Source: Heptranchias perlo (lineage: Eukaryota). Taken from it: a DNA stretch of 64,000 nucleotides. The stretch covers positions 18,600,001 to 18,664,000 of the forward strand of contig NC_090353.1 of NCBI RefSeq assembly GCF_035084215.1, given 5' to 3'. Below, one piece after another: positions 35,671-49,181 of the stretch. The position numbers were made by a program, and so were the translations under genes. Numbering within the stretch: the first letter of the stretch is position 1; each line of letters opens with the position of its first letter. Below the pieces are notes generated by a model. The model was not told the origin of the DNA. It worked only from the letters and a program-made list of their open reading frames with translations, and did not search any database.

Positions 35671-35914
35671 CCTCCATTTGTTTCTTTAGTCCCTTTCCAC
35701 TCCTGTCTGTTTCTCTGCCTTTATCCACTTCTGTCTGTCATTACTTTAATTTGAAGACTGTGAAGCATGGCAATGGATTTCTGTGCATCAGAAACCCAGC
35801 TGACTAAAAAAGATTGAAGTTTTGAGTTCCTATAATACAATAATGAAGCCCACTGTTGAACTAAAAGAATGTATGAAACTAAAGAATTTTCTCAAAACAA
35901 GATTAAGACTTTAA

Positions 35915-38900
35915 CTTAACGTTAACTCTTTCTTTCTCCACAGATGCTGCCTGACTTGCTGAGTATTTCCAGCATTTTCTGTTTTATTTCAGATTTCCAG
36001 CATCCACACTGTATCGCTTTTGATTTAGTATTTAATTCACTGCCACTTCTCTTCCAGGAATGCCCACCTTGAAGTTCTGCTCTTCTCTCAGACGGGATTT
36101 CCGTTTGTCTCTTTTACCTTGTTCACCTTTGTTGCTTTCTGTTTTCCCTCCTCGTGTTTGATCAGGTTTCTACTAAAACTCGCTTTCATAGCCACATCTC
36201 TTTCCTCGGCAACCATCTTCGGCTCCGACCTTTTCCACGTGGATTCCAACTTAAATTCCACCCTTTATGTTTCGGATCCACCTATGATTACAGATATCTC
36301 CATGATATTCATCGTTCCTCGAGCCACTGCTCTTGCCGCCTCCTGAGATCCATGCACCGCCACATGCACACTCTCGGCCTCTCTCCTCAGCAGCACCAAC
36401 TCACACTATCTGAGAGTTGTCCTGGTCCGCAGTTCCATTTCATCCTTCGCCTCATCCGGCATCTTAACAAAAAACATTTTTTTCTTCCTTTCAGGTGTCA
36501 AGGACCCCAAGCTTCAGCAACTCTTAGATACCAAAGCCCCTCCTGATCCTTCTTCCCTTTCACTTTCCTCTGACCCCATCCCTCCCTCCAATCTCATCTT
36601 TTGTTATGTTTTCACTATCCCCTCTCAGACCCCGAATGGTCAGTCCTGAGCAAAGGCCTCAGCTTTATTCCCTTACGCCCCCACTTCAATGAATTTCGAG
36701 CTCGACACGATCCTGAGCTCTTCTTCCGTTGCCTTCGCCTCCGCACCCACTTCTTTGGCCAGGTGTCTTCCCCCCGCACAGCGGACCCTTTCTCCCACCT
36801 TCAGAATTCTTGTTCCACCTGGACCCCTCCCTCTGGCATTTTACCCTCTCTTGATCTTTTCATTGGAAACTGCCGGCGTGACATCGACCGTCTCAATTTC
36901 TCTACTCCCCTCACTCACTCTAACCTACCTCTCTCTGAACTTGCAGCACTCCATTCTCTCGGGTCCAGCCCTGACATTGTCATTAAACCTGCTGACAAGG
37001 GCAGCGCTGTTGTTGTGTGGCAAACAGACCTCTACCTTGCAGAGGATGAACGTCAACTCCCCAACGCCTCCTCCTACCTCTCCCTGCACAATGATCCCAC
37101 TGCCGAACATCAAGCCATAATTTCCCAGACCATCACTGAACTCATCTCCTCTGGAGATCTTCCCACCACGGCCTCCAACCTCATAGTCCCCCGACCCCAC
37201 ACAGCCCGCTTCTACCTCCTTCCAAAGATCTACAAACAGGACTGTCCCAGTAGACACATCATTTCAGCCTGTTCTTGCCTACGGAACTTATTTCCTCCTA
37301 TCGCGACTTTTTTTTTTCTCCCCTTGTCCAGTGTCATCTGCAACTCTTCCGGCGCCCTCCACCACTTTAACAGTTTCCAGTTCCCTGGCCCTAACGTCTC
37401 CTTTTCACCATGGACGTCCCTCTACACCTCCATCCCCCACCAGGACAGCCTGCGGGCCCTCCGCTTCTTCCTTGAACGGAGGCCCAACCAGTCCCCATCC
37501 ATCATCACCCTCCTCCACCTGGCTGAACTAGTTCTTAAGTTGAACAACTTCTCCAATGACTCCACTCACTTCCTCCAAATAAAAGGTATCGCTATGGGAA
37601 CCCGAATGGGTTCTAGCTACGCTTGCCTTTTTGTGGGATACATGGAACATTCTTTGTTCCAGTCCGACTCAGGTCCCCTCCCTCACATCTTTTTCCAGTA
37701 CATTGATGACGGTATCGTTGCCATTTCCTGCTGTCACCCCAAACTAGAAAGTTTCATCAACTTTGCTTCCTATTTCCACCCTTCTCTTGCCTTCACATAG
37801 TCCTGACTCTTCCTTTCCCTTCCTCGACTTCTCTATCTCCATTTCTGGGGATAGGCTGTCAACCAATATCTACAATAAGTCCACTGACACCCACAGCTAC
37901 CTTGATTACACATCCTCCCACCCCGCTTCCTGTAAGGAATCTATTCCCTTCTCCCAGTTTCTCCGTCTCTATTGCATCTGTTCTGATGATGCCACCTTCC
38001 ACACCAGTGCTTCTGATATACTTCCATTTTCCTCAACCGCGGATTCCCCTCCAATGTAGTTGACAGGGCCCTCGACCCTGTCCATCCCATTTTCCACACT
38101 TCTGCCCTCACCCCTTCTCCTCCCTCCCAGAACCATGATAGGGTCCCCCTTGTCCTCACCTTCCACCCCACCAGATTCCACATTCAACATATCATCCTCC
38201 GCCTTTTCCGCCAACTCCAGTGCGATACCACCACCAAACACATCTACCCTTCCCGTCCACTTTCAGCATTCCGTAGGGACCCTTCTCTCCGTGACACCCT
38301 GGTCCACTTTTCCATCACCCCCAACACCCACTTTCCTTCCCACGGCACCTTCCTGTGCAAGCGCAGGAGATGCAACACCTGCCCTTTCACCTCCTCCCTT
38401 TCCACTGTCCAGGGCCCCAGACACTCCTTCCAGGTGAAACAGCGATTTACTTGTACTTCTTTCAATTTAGTATACAGTATTTGCTGCTCACAATGTGGTC
38501 TCCTCTACATTGGGGAGACCAATCGCAGATTGGGTGATAGCTTTGCTGAACACCTCCACTCAGTCCGCAAGAGTGACCCTGACCTGCCGGTCGCTTGCCA
38601 TTTTAATTCCCTGTCCCACTCCCACTCTGACCTCAGCCTCTTACACTGTTCCAATGAAGCTCAACGGAAGCTCAAGGAACAGCACCTCATCTTTCGATAA
38701 GGCACTTTACAACCCTCTGGACCCAACACTGATTTCAATAACTTCAGATCATAACCACAGCTCCCATTTTTTCGGACAGCAAGTGTTGGTAATGGTCCTG
38801 CTGTTGCCACATACAGCTCATCTGGACCAATCTTTTGTTTCTTTACTTGTCCCATTACCACCATCATCCCTTTTGTCATTTAATCACTCCTGCCCTCCAC

Positions 38901-39140
38901 CCTATCACAGGCCTTCCTTTTTGTTCTTTCCTGCCCACCCCTTCCGCCTCCCCACCTCTTCCCCTGGCTCTGCACTCGCTTAACAACTGTTTAATCTTCA
39001 ACTTCTTCCAGTTCTGATAAAAGGTCTTCGACCTGAAACGTTAACTCTGTTTCTTTCTCCACAGACGCTGCCTGACTTGCCGAGTATTTCCTGCATTTTC
39101 TGTTTTTTCAGATTTCCAGCATCCGCAGTATTTTGCTTAA
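35915..39140 (+). mobile_element. Penelope-like retroelement (RT + GIY-YIG endonuclease) with terminal direct repeats, frameshifted
   Basis: ORF 36601-37800 (IKPADKG, FYLLPKIYK, GIAMGTRMG, YIDD); 38434-38700 (LVYSICCSQCGLLYIGET.RRL...EH); direct repeats ~35918-36020 and ~39037-39138. Confidence 0.9.
39010..39046 (+). ncRNA. Hammerhead ribozyme motif with core mutation (CUGAUAA)
   Basis: AGTT-CTGATAA-A-AGGTC TTC GACCT-GAAAC-GTT-AACT; perfect stem II, G8 replaced by A. Confidence 0.6.
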
Positions 39141-39432
39141 CTGTAACCACTGTAAAGACTAACTACATTTGATCTGTAAATTTGGGAACATAGCGCAGTA
39201 TTCTCAGTATGGTTTTTTTTAGGTGAACGATTAAGTTTGTTTAAATCTCCAAGAATGCACTATAGGAGTGACAAAAATTTTGTTTGTTTTTGTGTGAGTG
39301 AGCAGGTGAATGAGGCAGACAGACTGAATCGAGCAGTTTCTTCACACAGCTATACTGTAAGTACCCTAAGCAATTACTTTAACAACTGCACTTTCTTCAA
39401 AGAGTGGAATGACTGTCCTGAGATAGACATAC

Positions 39433-39575
39433 CGATATGAGAAAGACTTTTACACCCTGGTCCTCGGCATCCATGGCTGTGATTCGAATACTCTTCTCAC
39501 TGGCTTTATCAATTTGCATCTGGGACCAGAGTTTGGTATTTAGAATCAATCGAAGGCTGCCCTGAGTCCGCATCA
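39433..39575 (-). CDS. RANBP3: RANBP3 exon (Ran-binding domain)
   Basis: (V)MRTQGSLRLILNTKLWSQMQIDKASEKSIRITAMDAEDQGVKVFLIS; TTGCAG| and |GTATGT. Confidence 0.96.
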
Positions 39576-40239
39576 CTGCAACAAATCGCAAGAAAAGCAC
39601 CAAAGGCATAAAGTCAATGATGTAGCAAGCATTCAGTGTACAGTAGTTCCTTTTACATAGATTTTAAACAGCTGACGAGTGAAATGCATATTTATAATTC
39701 ACTGGTGAGGATACCTTATGATCATGTGTTTTGCAGACAGCCTTAGCCATGACCTGAAACAGTGAAGAGTGAAATGGTTGATTACCCAGTGTAGGTATCA
39801 TCTTCCTCACTCTTTGGATGGAATTTTACTTCACTCAGTGCAAACTCAAATCCAGTAAGAGACAGCATCCTGGAGGGAGTTTCACACCTCACAGCTTTAG
39901 TGTTCTTGGTAGTTTCCTGAGTTATACTGCTACTTTTGCACACCCAAAACCACTTTGCATCAATGTAGGAGTAGCAGTATAACAGAACCGTTTGAAAGAA
40001 GTTAAACCTCCATACAAGTACTACACTACCAGTATCCTAAGGAGTTAAAAACCAAGAACAACGTTCCTTTAGGAAGTTTATGCCGTGTGTTGTCAGTAGT
40101 TTTTCTCCTACCATGCTGTATAACAACATTATTCAAGGTAAAATTAGTAAGCATTTTGCAAGACAAGTGAAACAATTTTTGTGTTATCAGCTAATTTCAA
40201 TATGGTTCTTCCTATACCCAAGTCCAAATCATCTATGTA

Positions 40240-40560
40240 CATAATACTGTAAGCATTGACTGCTGGGTACCCCACTTCCAAACCTTCTCCAATCCTAGCA
40301 ACACCCATTTACCCTAACTCTTTCTACCCATGCTGCTACATTTCTTCTTGTATCATACACCTGATTTTTTTCTATCAAGTTTCTGGTAAGACACCTTAAC
40401 GAAAGCCTTCTGAAAATCCATATACACTAAATCTACTGCATTCCCTTTATCCAAACCCATGCTAGCTGTCCTTGATTAACCCAAGCATTTCTAAATGCTT
40501 ACTAATTTTACCTTGAATTATGAATTCCAAGAATTTTCCCACAATGGACATTGAGTTTGT
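40240..40560 (-). mobile_element. Old CR1 RT fragment
   Basis: gaaagccttctgaaaatccatatacactaaatctac reads on the reverse strand as VDLVYMDFQKAF. Confidence 0.6.
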
Positions 40561-41069
40561 CCACAACTGATATTACACTAACTAATCTATAGCTTCCCTC
40601 CAAAAAACTAACCATGTTCAATCTCCTTTTTCAGTGCAATTGGTTGTCTACCCCAGTACCTCATTAAAGCACGATCTCCTCCATGCTGTACAATTCTTTG
40701 AAGAGTTTCATCAAGTTTCTTGCAAGACCAACCAACAACAGATACCATCTCTTACCGTTGATTTTTAACCTCTTCGTTTTCTCCTTCAACTATTCACATC
40801 CTTGGCCTATGAACTTACACATGATTTCCCCTTCAATTCCCGATAAAATGCAAGACACTTGCAGACTTGAATACTATCTGGGGGGGGGGGTCTCTTATAA
40901 TACCTCTTGCACTTCTGGACAAGATACCAGAAATTACCCGACGCAGACAAATTCTCTGGAAATACTGCAAAATATTTTCTTCCCTTACACAAAGAATCAC
41001 TGGAAGAGAACGACGCCACAGCAGAGGTATTATTTTGCAAATTACTGGCTGAAAGTAGAGTACAAAGTC

Positions 41070-41530
41070 CATAACTATAGAAATGGGAGTAGGTCATTCA
41101 GACCCTCGAGCTTGTTCTGCCATTCAATTAGATCATGGCTCATCTGTACCTCAACTCCATATACGTGCCATTGTTCCAAATGACAGAGCACCCACAGCCT
41201 TTTGGGGGAGCAAGTTCCAGATTTTCACTACGCGTTTTGTGAAAAAGAGCTTCCTGATTTCACTCCTGAATGACTCTAGTTCTAATTTTAGGATTATGCC
41301 CTCTTGTTCTTCACTCCCCCCCCCCCCCCCCACCCCAAGAGGAATTAGTTTCTTTGCAACTACCCTGTCAACTCACTTAATAATTTTAAATACCTTGATC
41401 AGATCATCCCTCAACCTTCTAAACTCAACGGAATACACGTCACGTTTATGCAATGTGTTCTCATAATTTAACCCTTTAAGCCCTGGTATCATTCTGGTGA
41501 GTCTGTGCTGTACCCCTTCCAAGGCCAAGC
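41070..41530 (-). mobile_element. CR1 3' fragment
   Basis: ORF 41373-41564 LEGVQHRLTRMIPGLKGLNYE...RLRDDLIKVFKI; ORF 41151-41333 FFTKRVVKIWNLLP. Confidence 0.82.
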
Positions 41531-43079
41531 TGATATCTGGCAATGCCAATGTGCAACATTGCAAACATTAAGAATCTATTTAACACTTTGAATTTGGTTT
41601 ATATTAATCACTAAATTCTGAAGTAGAAAATGTCACAATTGGCTAACGCAACTCTGGAGTCACGTGTACAGCCTTCCACGAATCTTACCTGGATCACCAG
41701 CAGCTGAGGGTAACTAGAACAGCAGGAAAAGGTACACTGCTGAATATCTATTACTTTAATAGTAGCACAAAATAAAGAGCATGATCAGCACCAGAAATTA
41801 TGCAATGCGTTTGAACCGGGCCTCAAACATCATGGCACAATATGATTGAATTATGCGGTAAGAGCCAGAGTTTAGCCAAAAAGCTCTTATGTACGTTTGT
41901 TGCACAACAATGCTCCCAGACCACTCTCCCAATGCTTTCAGATCCCAAGATCCCTTTCCCAGCGATTGCAGGCTTTCTTCCAGTGCCTACAGAACCTTTT
42001 ATTCCCGGTGCTCTAAAATACAGATGGATCCCGAGACGCCATCCCAATAGTGCCAGACCCTAGGGCTTCTGTATCATGTGTGTAGTCATGCATCCAATCC
42101 TTGGGACAGTCCTCAAAATATTGCTAGACCCTGAGACACCATCTCAGAGACCCCAGGGCCATCCAGCTCACCATGAGCATTGTCACAGGAGATCTACTGG
42201 TAATATGTTAAATGTTTTGCTATTTCTGGGTGTCAAATTTCCATGTTGGGAGCCTCTTTTCTAAGGAGGCTCTGCACCGTTAAACCAATAGTTACCTCCT
42301 TATAGGAATCTGGTGTTTCCATTTTGGTTTATATTATACTCAGCATTGATTGGTGCCTGTGTGCTCGTGACACTGTACAGCACTGGCAAGTCTTAGTGTA
42401 GGCTGCTGTCAGTGAATGTTCATCTGAAATTGACCAGATACATTGAAGACTCCCAGTTCAGAGAGGCATCATTCTTTACAATTGCCCAATTTTGTCATGA
42501 ATAATACAGGACATATAGTCGAGTTGCTCTTTGGCAGCTGGTGCCAATCCTCCATGCCCTGATTCCTGAAACAAAAAGCTGAAAAAAAGTGAACTATCTG
42601 GTTTGAAAACAGAATACACTTACAAACTAAGAACGACCATAAGGACTATCTAAACAAGCTACCTCTGAGAGACTAAAGGCCTTGCCCAAATCCAATATCC
42701 AGAGTGCAACACAAGGAGCAAAGAATACAACCCTTTTAACTGGAGAAAAATTAACTGACAACCACCTACAGTATCAGGACCCTGATTTTATGTGTGCGCT
42801 AAGTAGCAGCAAACAAGCTAGATTTTAGTCTAATGGTGTGTGGAGGATACTTAAATGAATACAGAAATATTTCAGTGTGAACGGGGCATGGAATAATCAA
42901 GATTCTTCTCCTGGTGCATAACTACACACAGGATACAGATCTGTCCCTCTTCTGTGACTGAGTCTCCCCACGAAATAAGGTTTTTCACTTCTACAAGTGA
43001 GTTATTTCACAAGTCCAAATATACTGTGCTACACGAGGAAACAATCAGTAACACTCCTTGTCTTTGCAAATTATCCACT

Positions 43080-43235
43080 CCCCCCATTCACAAGCTTGAG
43101 TTGCTGAGGCCAATTGTAGGATTGCTCCAACTAAGGTCAGCCAACTCAGGACAGCATGGGTATCAAACATGGGACCCTGCTGGTGTTTGTGAATCATCAG
43201 TTCTGCATTGGGCAGTGCTTTTAGCAACCATTCAA
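43080..43235 (-). mobile_element. Degenerate tRNA-SINE, relative of 59308-59580
   Basis: gctgaggccaattgtagg...ggtcagccaactcagg resembles the reverse of ctgagttagctgatctc...caattggccttagc. Confidence 0.45.
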
Positions 43236-43462
43236 TTAGGATGCATGTGTTTTGGGTACTTCAAAGTACTTGAAAAAGAGAAAACAAAACAGATTTCCAC
43301 CATCATTTTCTATGAGGTGTCGCAGTGTTTAGAAAACTGAAATTTCTACTCGTACAGACTATAAACTTTCATTTACGGAAAACAAATAACTATTACTTGC
43401 AGCAGGTGTCACAAAGTATCATCAGTAGTATCAACGGATAGTATCAGAGGATGGACTCATAC

Positions 43463-43583
43463 CTAGCCTTGACTGCAAGGTCCCATCGTCAGCAGATGCC
43501 ATATCGTTGAGTCTCAAGAGGCCTCTTCCCCTCTCTACCCAGGATTGTGATGTCTTGTCAAACACAAATAGCTTGCATTGAAT
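43463..43583 (-). CDS. RANBP3: RANBP3 exon (Ran-binding domain)
   Basis: IQCKLFVFDKTSQSWVERGRGLLRLNDMASADDGTLQSRL; W.ERG RanBD motif; TTTCAG| and G|GTATGA. Confidence 0.96.
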
Positions 43584-45019
43584 CTGAAATTAATCAAGGA
43601 CATTCTGAAGCTAAGAAATATTGCCCTCCCACAAACATCATCACTTTATATGGAGTTATATTCAGCTTATGAAAAGAAAAAAAATTAAAGACGATTATCA
43701 TGAAACTTGAAAGCACACCTTTCACCAAACTGTAAAAGTCACCAAAAATCTGTTTATAGTAATTTGTTTTCACTTTAAAACTTGTCTTAATTGAAGCGTC
43801 CTCCTGTTTGCTCTCCCTCCACTGACCCTTCTGTAGTTCTCTCACTCTGGTGGCTCCTGAATGGAGCCTGACCTTAACTTGGCTCTTCTCACCAGATGGC
43901 CTAGCTGATATCAGAATCATAACGCAGGCATTCTGAGCGGTGACCGATGTCTTTCACTAACTGTCAAATCAAGATCAATATAGTGGCACACTGAATTGGA
44001 GAACCGCAGGGCGCGCTCCTAATCTTAGCTATGCCACCAGAGCAGAGTGAAGCAGAAGGCAGATATGAGAGGCATGGAGAGAAATTATTACATTACCTAA
44101 TTTTGGTACAATCTCTCATTTTTTGAATGTACATACAAATGACTACAGTCATCCAAAAGGGTGGGTAAGATATGCAGCGTCTCTTTAAGAAGTTAGCACA
44201 ACACAGCATCCATGTTAAGCACACACATCTTTCTTAGCCCCGCTGCTTTTATGGCCTCATTCTCGTAATGTATCTCATTTGAAGGAGGCAACAGTAAACA
44301 GATGGAATTGGTAGAGCAAGAAACACACACAAGAAATATAGCTTTAAGTCAGGTACGGAGGTAGCTTTGTATATGGAATTCAAACTACATTCAAAGAAGG
44401 AAGAAGGTCATACCAAATGTAGGTAACCTAACATTATTCCTCACACTTTCAGTCTATAACATTTTAAAATTCTTACACAGGCCTCTTGCTACACTGAGGA
44501 GTTATATATACATTTCCTATGGAGATTCTGATGTTAAAATGATCACACTGGGCTGTTGGGCTTATCAGTTATGTTTCCCTGTGATGTCAGTAGGCGGTGC
44601 TCTCATAGGACTTTTGATATTCATTTTATAACTTACCAGTCACACCACCACTTGGTACCGTGAAGCCTTGCCACAACTTCTGTAGAGCTCCATCTGCTGT
44701 GAGTGTATTGTAAATTCTTCTACTTTTAAAATGTAAATATTAATTGCTGCCCTTTATATATTTGAAGATTTTATACTTTAATTGAGTGCTCTTCTTCCTC
44801 TCAGCCAGCCTCTTTTGGTGGCTCTTACTCCCAGCCACATCCTAAAAATTTTTGTTCCTGCATCCCAGCCCTGGTGTGGAATCTATATTTACATTTTAAA
44901 AAATCATCATCTGGCTCCTGCGACATTTTGTCCCACCTGATCCGGCCCCACTCCAAGTGGCTCTTACTCTCAGTTGCCCTCGGGACAGTGGAGGAGGTAT
45001 ATCTACATATATTATACAT

Positions 45020-45210
45020 ATAAAAAGAGAGGGGAACGAGTGATCCGGGCGACGGAACGAGAGATTGTGATGAGAGAGAGACTGGAGGAGAATTGGAGGG
45101 AGAACGACAGAGAGAGATTGGAGCAAGATAGAGATTGGGGAGGGGGAGTGAGATTGGGGACCAAGAATGATAACAGAAAAGAGGGGGTTGGGTGGAAAAA
45201 AGTAGGATGG
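45020..45210. repeat. GA-rich low-complexity tract
   Basis: gagagagactggaggagaattggaggg... purine tract. Confidence 0.6.
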
Positions 45211-45821
45211 TTGGAGTATTGAATTAGTGTAACGGACTACAATGGTTGCTATGTGAACGCTCAATGGATAAATTTGTTAACCTGTCACCAGCCTTTAAAG
45301 TGGATGCTGTTCATGAAACTAAAAAGGTATTTCGGAATGAAGGAAAAAACCCTTGTGTAGCTGGGTTAAGCTGAATGTCAAATGGCAGCTGTACCTTGCC
45401 CGGCACTCCGTTCATCTACAACAAATATTTTAGGATGGGCCAACCAATGCTTAGTTTTAATATATCCAGGAACGTCTTCTTTAATGTTTGCCGTACTCAG
45501 ATTCTATGATGGCAATGCATTTAAAAACCTCCTTGTATCCTGCAGGATGATCTCAGCAGCCTTTGGGTCTAAAAGATTCAGGAGTTTAGGTGACATGTTT
45601 TATTGGATTTTGGTACTTCAGATACCTACATTAAAGATCTACTATAAATTTTGGTAGCACTAAGTATTGAGTGTTGAGAGGGTCTTTCCTTAGTTAGGAG
45701 GGTACTTTCATGTTCCCACTGGTCTCTTCTGGGGGCATATGAATGTGAATGTGCGTTGGGTCGTCAACAGGTCACCACTCCTTTCCAGGGGCTTTCTTAG
45801 CCAGCTGCCTGCTCACAAGTG

Positions 45822-46258
45822 GTGTCAGCCATGGTTTCAGTGGGTAGCACTCTCGCTTCTGAGTCACAAGGTTGTGGGTTCAAGTCCCACTCCAGGGCAG
45901 TACTGAGGGAGTGCTATACTGTCGGAGGTGCTGCCTTTCAGATGAGACATTAAAATGAGGCCCCATCTGCCCTCTCAAGCGGATGTAGAAGATCCCATGG
46001 CACTATTTCGAAGAAGAGCTGGGGAGTTCTCCCCGGTGTCCTGGCCAACATTTATTTCTCAACCAACATCACTAAAACAGATTAGCTGGGCATTATCACA
46101 TTGCTGTTTGTGGGAGCTTGTGTGCAAATTGGCTGCCGCGTTTCCTACATTACAACAGTGACTACAATTCTAAAGTACTTCAGTGGCTGTAAAGCGCTTT
46201 GAGATGTCCTGAGGTCGTGAAAGGTGCTATATAAATGCAAGCATTTCTTTCTTTCTTT
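45822..46258 (+). mobile_element. tRNA-derived Deu-domain SINE (SacSINE1/DeuSINE-like), near full length
   Basis: A box TGGTTTCAGTGGG, B box GGTTCAAGTCC, central GATCCCATGGCACTATTTCGAAGAAGAG...GGTGTCCTGGCCAA, tail TATATAAATGCAAG + (TTTC)n. Confidence 0.85.
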
Positions 46259-47754
46259 CAAATCTGGAGATGTGATTGGGGAAAATAGCACTACATGGAA
46301 CAACAACTGTCTACTTTACTTGCTGCCCATCCACAACTCAATAAGTCAGGAGTTGATCACCTGGTAGAGAGCCCACTTATGCAGCTGGCCGTGGCTGTGC
46401 TCATGTCTGCTGCAACATTTTGCACTCTATATGATATTGAGCAGTTTCTGATGTCAGTACCACCATACTTGGATAGCATCCATCTGCAAGAATTCATTGC
46501 CTGCTAACTTTTGGTTTCACTACAGCAGGCTAATAAATCTGTTCTATTTTCCATAAAGTTATGCCTTGAATAGCACTTATCTATGCTGCTCAAAGTTTGC
46601 TTACGTGCCATAACAGGTGTGGCTAGACCCCACATACCTCACATTCATGATCCTCAGAAAAAAGTAAACTATTCTATGAGGCAAAACACAGCTGTGGACT
46701 ATTCATCCACAATCTACTTAATACCTGTCTCAAAACCTCACTCTGGTTGATCTCAAAATTCTGGGATAACAGATTGCCTCTGGAAAAAATTAAGCTGGAA
46801 CAGCATCAAAAGTCTTGCATCCCACACCATGCAGATGGCTGGTACTCTCAAGCCTCAGGATACACATTTAACATTAAATCTAAATCCTGTATTTTACGAA
46901 GTGAGCAAAATATTGAGGAACGATAGTCTGAAATAAGAAGTGTACTCATGGAAAACATCTAATGTTAGGACCTACAAGATGCATAAGTCTAGATTTAGAT
47001 ACCTACATCAACCACCGCCCACAGGGAAAGGTGTTCACCCAGCGCAGTGACAGCACCCAACTCAAGTTTCAAAGGACCAGCTTAATACAAAAACAATAAA
47101 ACTAATTCTAAAACTTAAGATTTACACCATTAACCACACAAAAATCTAAAACTCAGTGAATACTTCAAAAAACCCTTTTACAGAGTTTCAGAAAAGCTTT
47201 ATGAAGGAATGCAGGCAATACTTGAACATGCCAAAATATTTTCCTAGTGTGCCAGCCACAGAATGAACTGCTACTAATGACAGATAAAAGAATGAACTCA
47301 GGTATGTTAACAGAGGATGGCTTATAAGAAAAGCAAGTGCTTGGATAAGATTAACATTACTCCTACATGAAATCAAACTCTGAACCATAAACTTTCCTTC
47401 ATGTTTAAAAGGGAGATAGATACAAGATTTTAAGGGAAATGGAAATGGGGGAGGTAATTCGTATTAAAAAGATTTAACAGTTGCCATGGCCAACAAAATG
47501 GCAGAGTAGGCTCAATGAGCCAACTGAGCTATTCCTGTTCCTATAAAGAACTGGAGGGCCAATCACCTCAGGCTGCTTTCGCACACTTCTCAGTAGTGAC
47601 CTTAGGAGCAGGTTTCCAGCTGGGACAGTTACAAAGAGAAAAGATATAAGATTTTAAAATGTACCGAATCAATTCAGTAGAATGGGCAACACTTTCCAAG
47701 AAGCAGTCAAATCAAATACAAACAACAAACATTTTTGGAGTTTCAATCACATAC

Positions 47755-47879
47755 CTGTAAGACATTACTCTCTGCTTCCTCCCCAGTGATAACTTCCACT
47801 TTTTCCAACAAACATTTCTTGGCTGTTGCTTTGGTGTAAGCAGCTGCAGACTCCTCCAGTGATTCTGTCACATTGTTTA
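47755..47879 (-). CDS. RANBP3: RANBP3 exon (start of Ran-binding domain)
   Basis: (V)NNVTESLEESAAAYTKATAKKCLLEKVEVITGEEAESNVLQ; TTTCATTCCAG| and |GTATGT; alternative in-frame start at 47864. Confidence 0.94.
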
Positions 47880-47899
47880 CTGGAATGAAACAGAAGTTA

Positions 47900-48240
47900 A
47901 TTAATACTTGCATCTATTTGCCGCTTTATCAGGGTGAAAGGTCTCAAAGTGCTTCATGTGATTAATTTTTCTGTAAGTGCAGCAGCATAGACAAATGCTG
48001 CACCCATTCTGTGCTATTATCATCCCACAACAGCAAATGAGAATGACCAATTAATCTTTTTCCCCCTCACAATATATTTAACAGCTACCAAAAGCGGCTG
48101 ACTGGACTTGTTTAAAGTCACATCCAAGGAAGGCACCTCCACCAATCCAGCACTCCATCAGTACTGTACTGGTGTCTCAGCCCTGTTATGGCATTTGAAC
48201 CCATCAGCTTTTGACCCAGAGGCAAGTGCTACCAATAGTG
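47900..48240 (-). mobile_element. Degenerate Deu-domain SINE
   Basis: acttgcatctat...cagcactccatcagtactgtactggtgtc, as in 9290-9730. Confidence 0.55.
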
Positions 48241-49060
48241 ACAGATCATCAGTTTTACTTACACTGAATATTAAGTTGATGCAAGCCTAACAATACCTTA
48301 CAAAATCATTGGAAAACAGGATTCCTATAAATTCAAAAAAATTAGCCAACAGTAGGACCCTATCATTTCCACACGCACTTGAACTCTGTCTCTTCCCCTG
48401 AAGATAGTTTAAACTTTCTACTGTGCAGAATACCAAACAGAAAGAGGGCAAAATTTTGGCAGGGCTTATACAAGATGGCATGAGGTGAGCATAGGCAGCA
48501 AGCACAGGAAGGCACATACCGCAATCTAATTTCTCCAAAGAATGCTCGTGAGGGATGAGTCTTAAGAAAATATGTTGAAGAATTTTGTAAAAATTACAAC
48601 TTATATCAATGAAAAACTAATCTGCATGAAGAGAATGAAAGAGAAATTTTCAATGACAAAGTTGTGAGCATAACAAATGTTCAAGTTTTGAAGCTGGAGT
48701 AGTGAACATTTACCTATCCTGTAAAAAAAAAGCTGCTCAGGGAGGAGCAAGCACCAATATACTGCACAGGAGCACAGCTGGTCATGGGAGAGAAGCTGTT
48801 GAGAGGGGGTTTAGGGGATACCCAAAATATGGTACCTGCCAATGGGGGAGATGTGGGGGCTCTATTTGAGGTAGAGGACAAAAATGGGGGAAATGTAAAG
48901 TTTTTGACAGAATAATAATTTTTTCTGTGGGGTGATGGGAGTTTCTATTTGTATGTAGGAGTTGAATGAATAACAAATGAGACATTGTTAGCAGATACAA
49001 TATACTGGGTTGAAAGTCAGGGTAACCATTTCCAAAACCCCTTAGCTAACCAGTCGTTAC

Positions 49061-49181
49061 CTTTCTCTGGCGTAGCTTCCTGTAATGGCTCAGACACAGA
49101 TCCAGATGCAGCAGCTGCAGTTTCTCCAAATAGCTGGTCTTTGTTGTTTTCATTGCTCACATCACCTGGCCGTGGCAAACT
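49061..49181 (-). CDS. RANBP3: RANBP3 exon
   Basis: SLPRPGDVSNENNKDQLFGETAAAASGSVSEPLQEATPEK; TTTGCAG| and G|GTAACG; phases fit neighbours. Confidence 0.88.
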
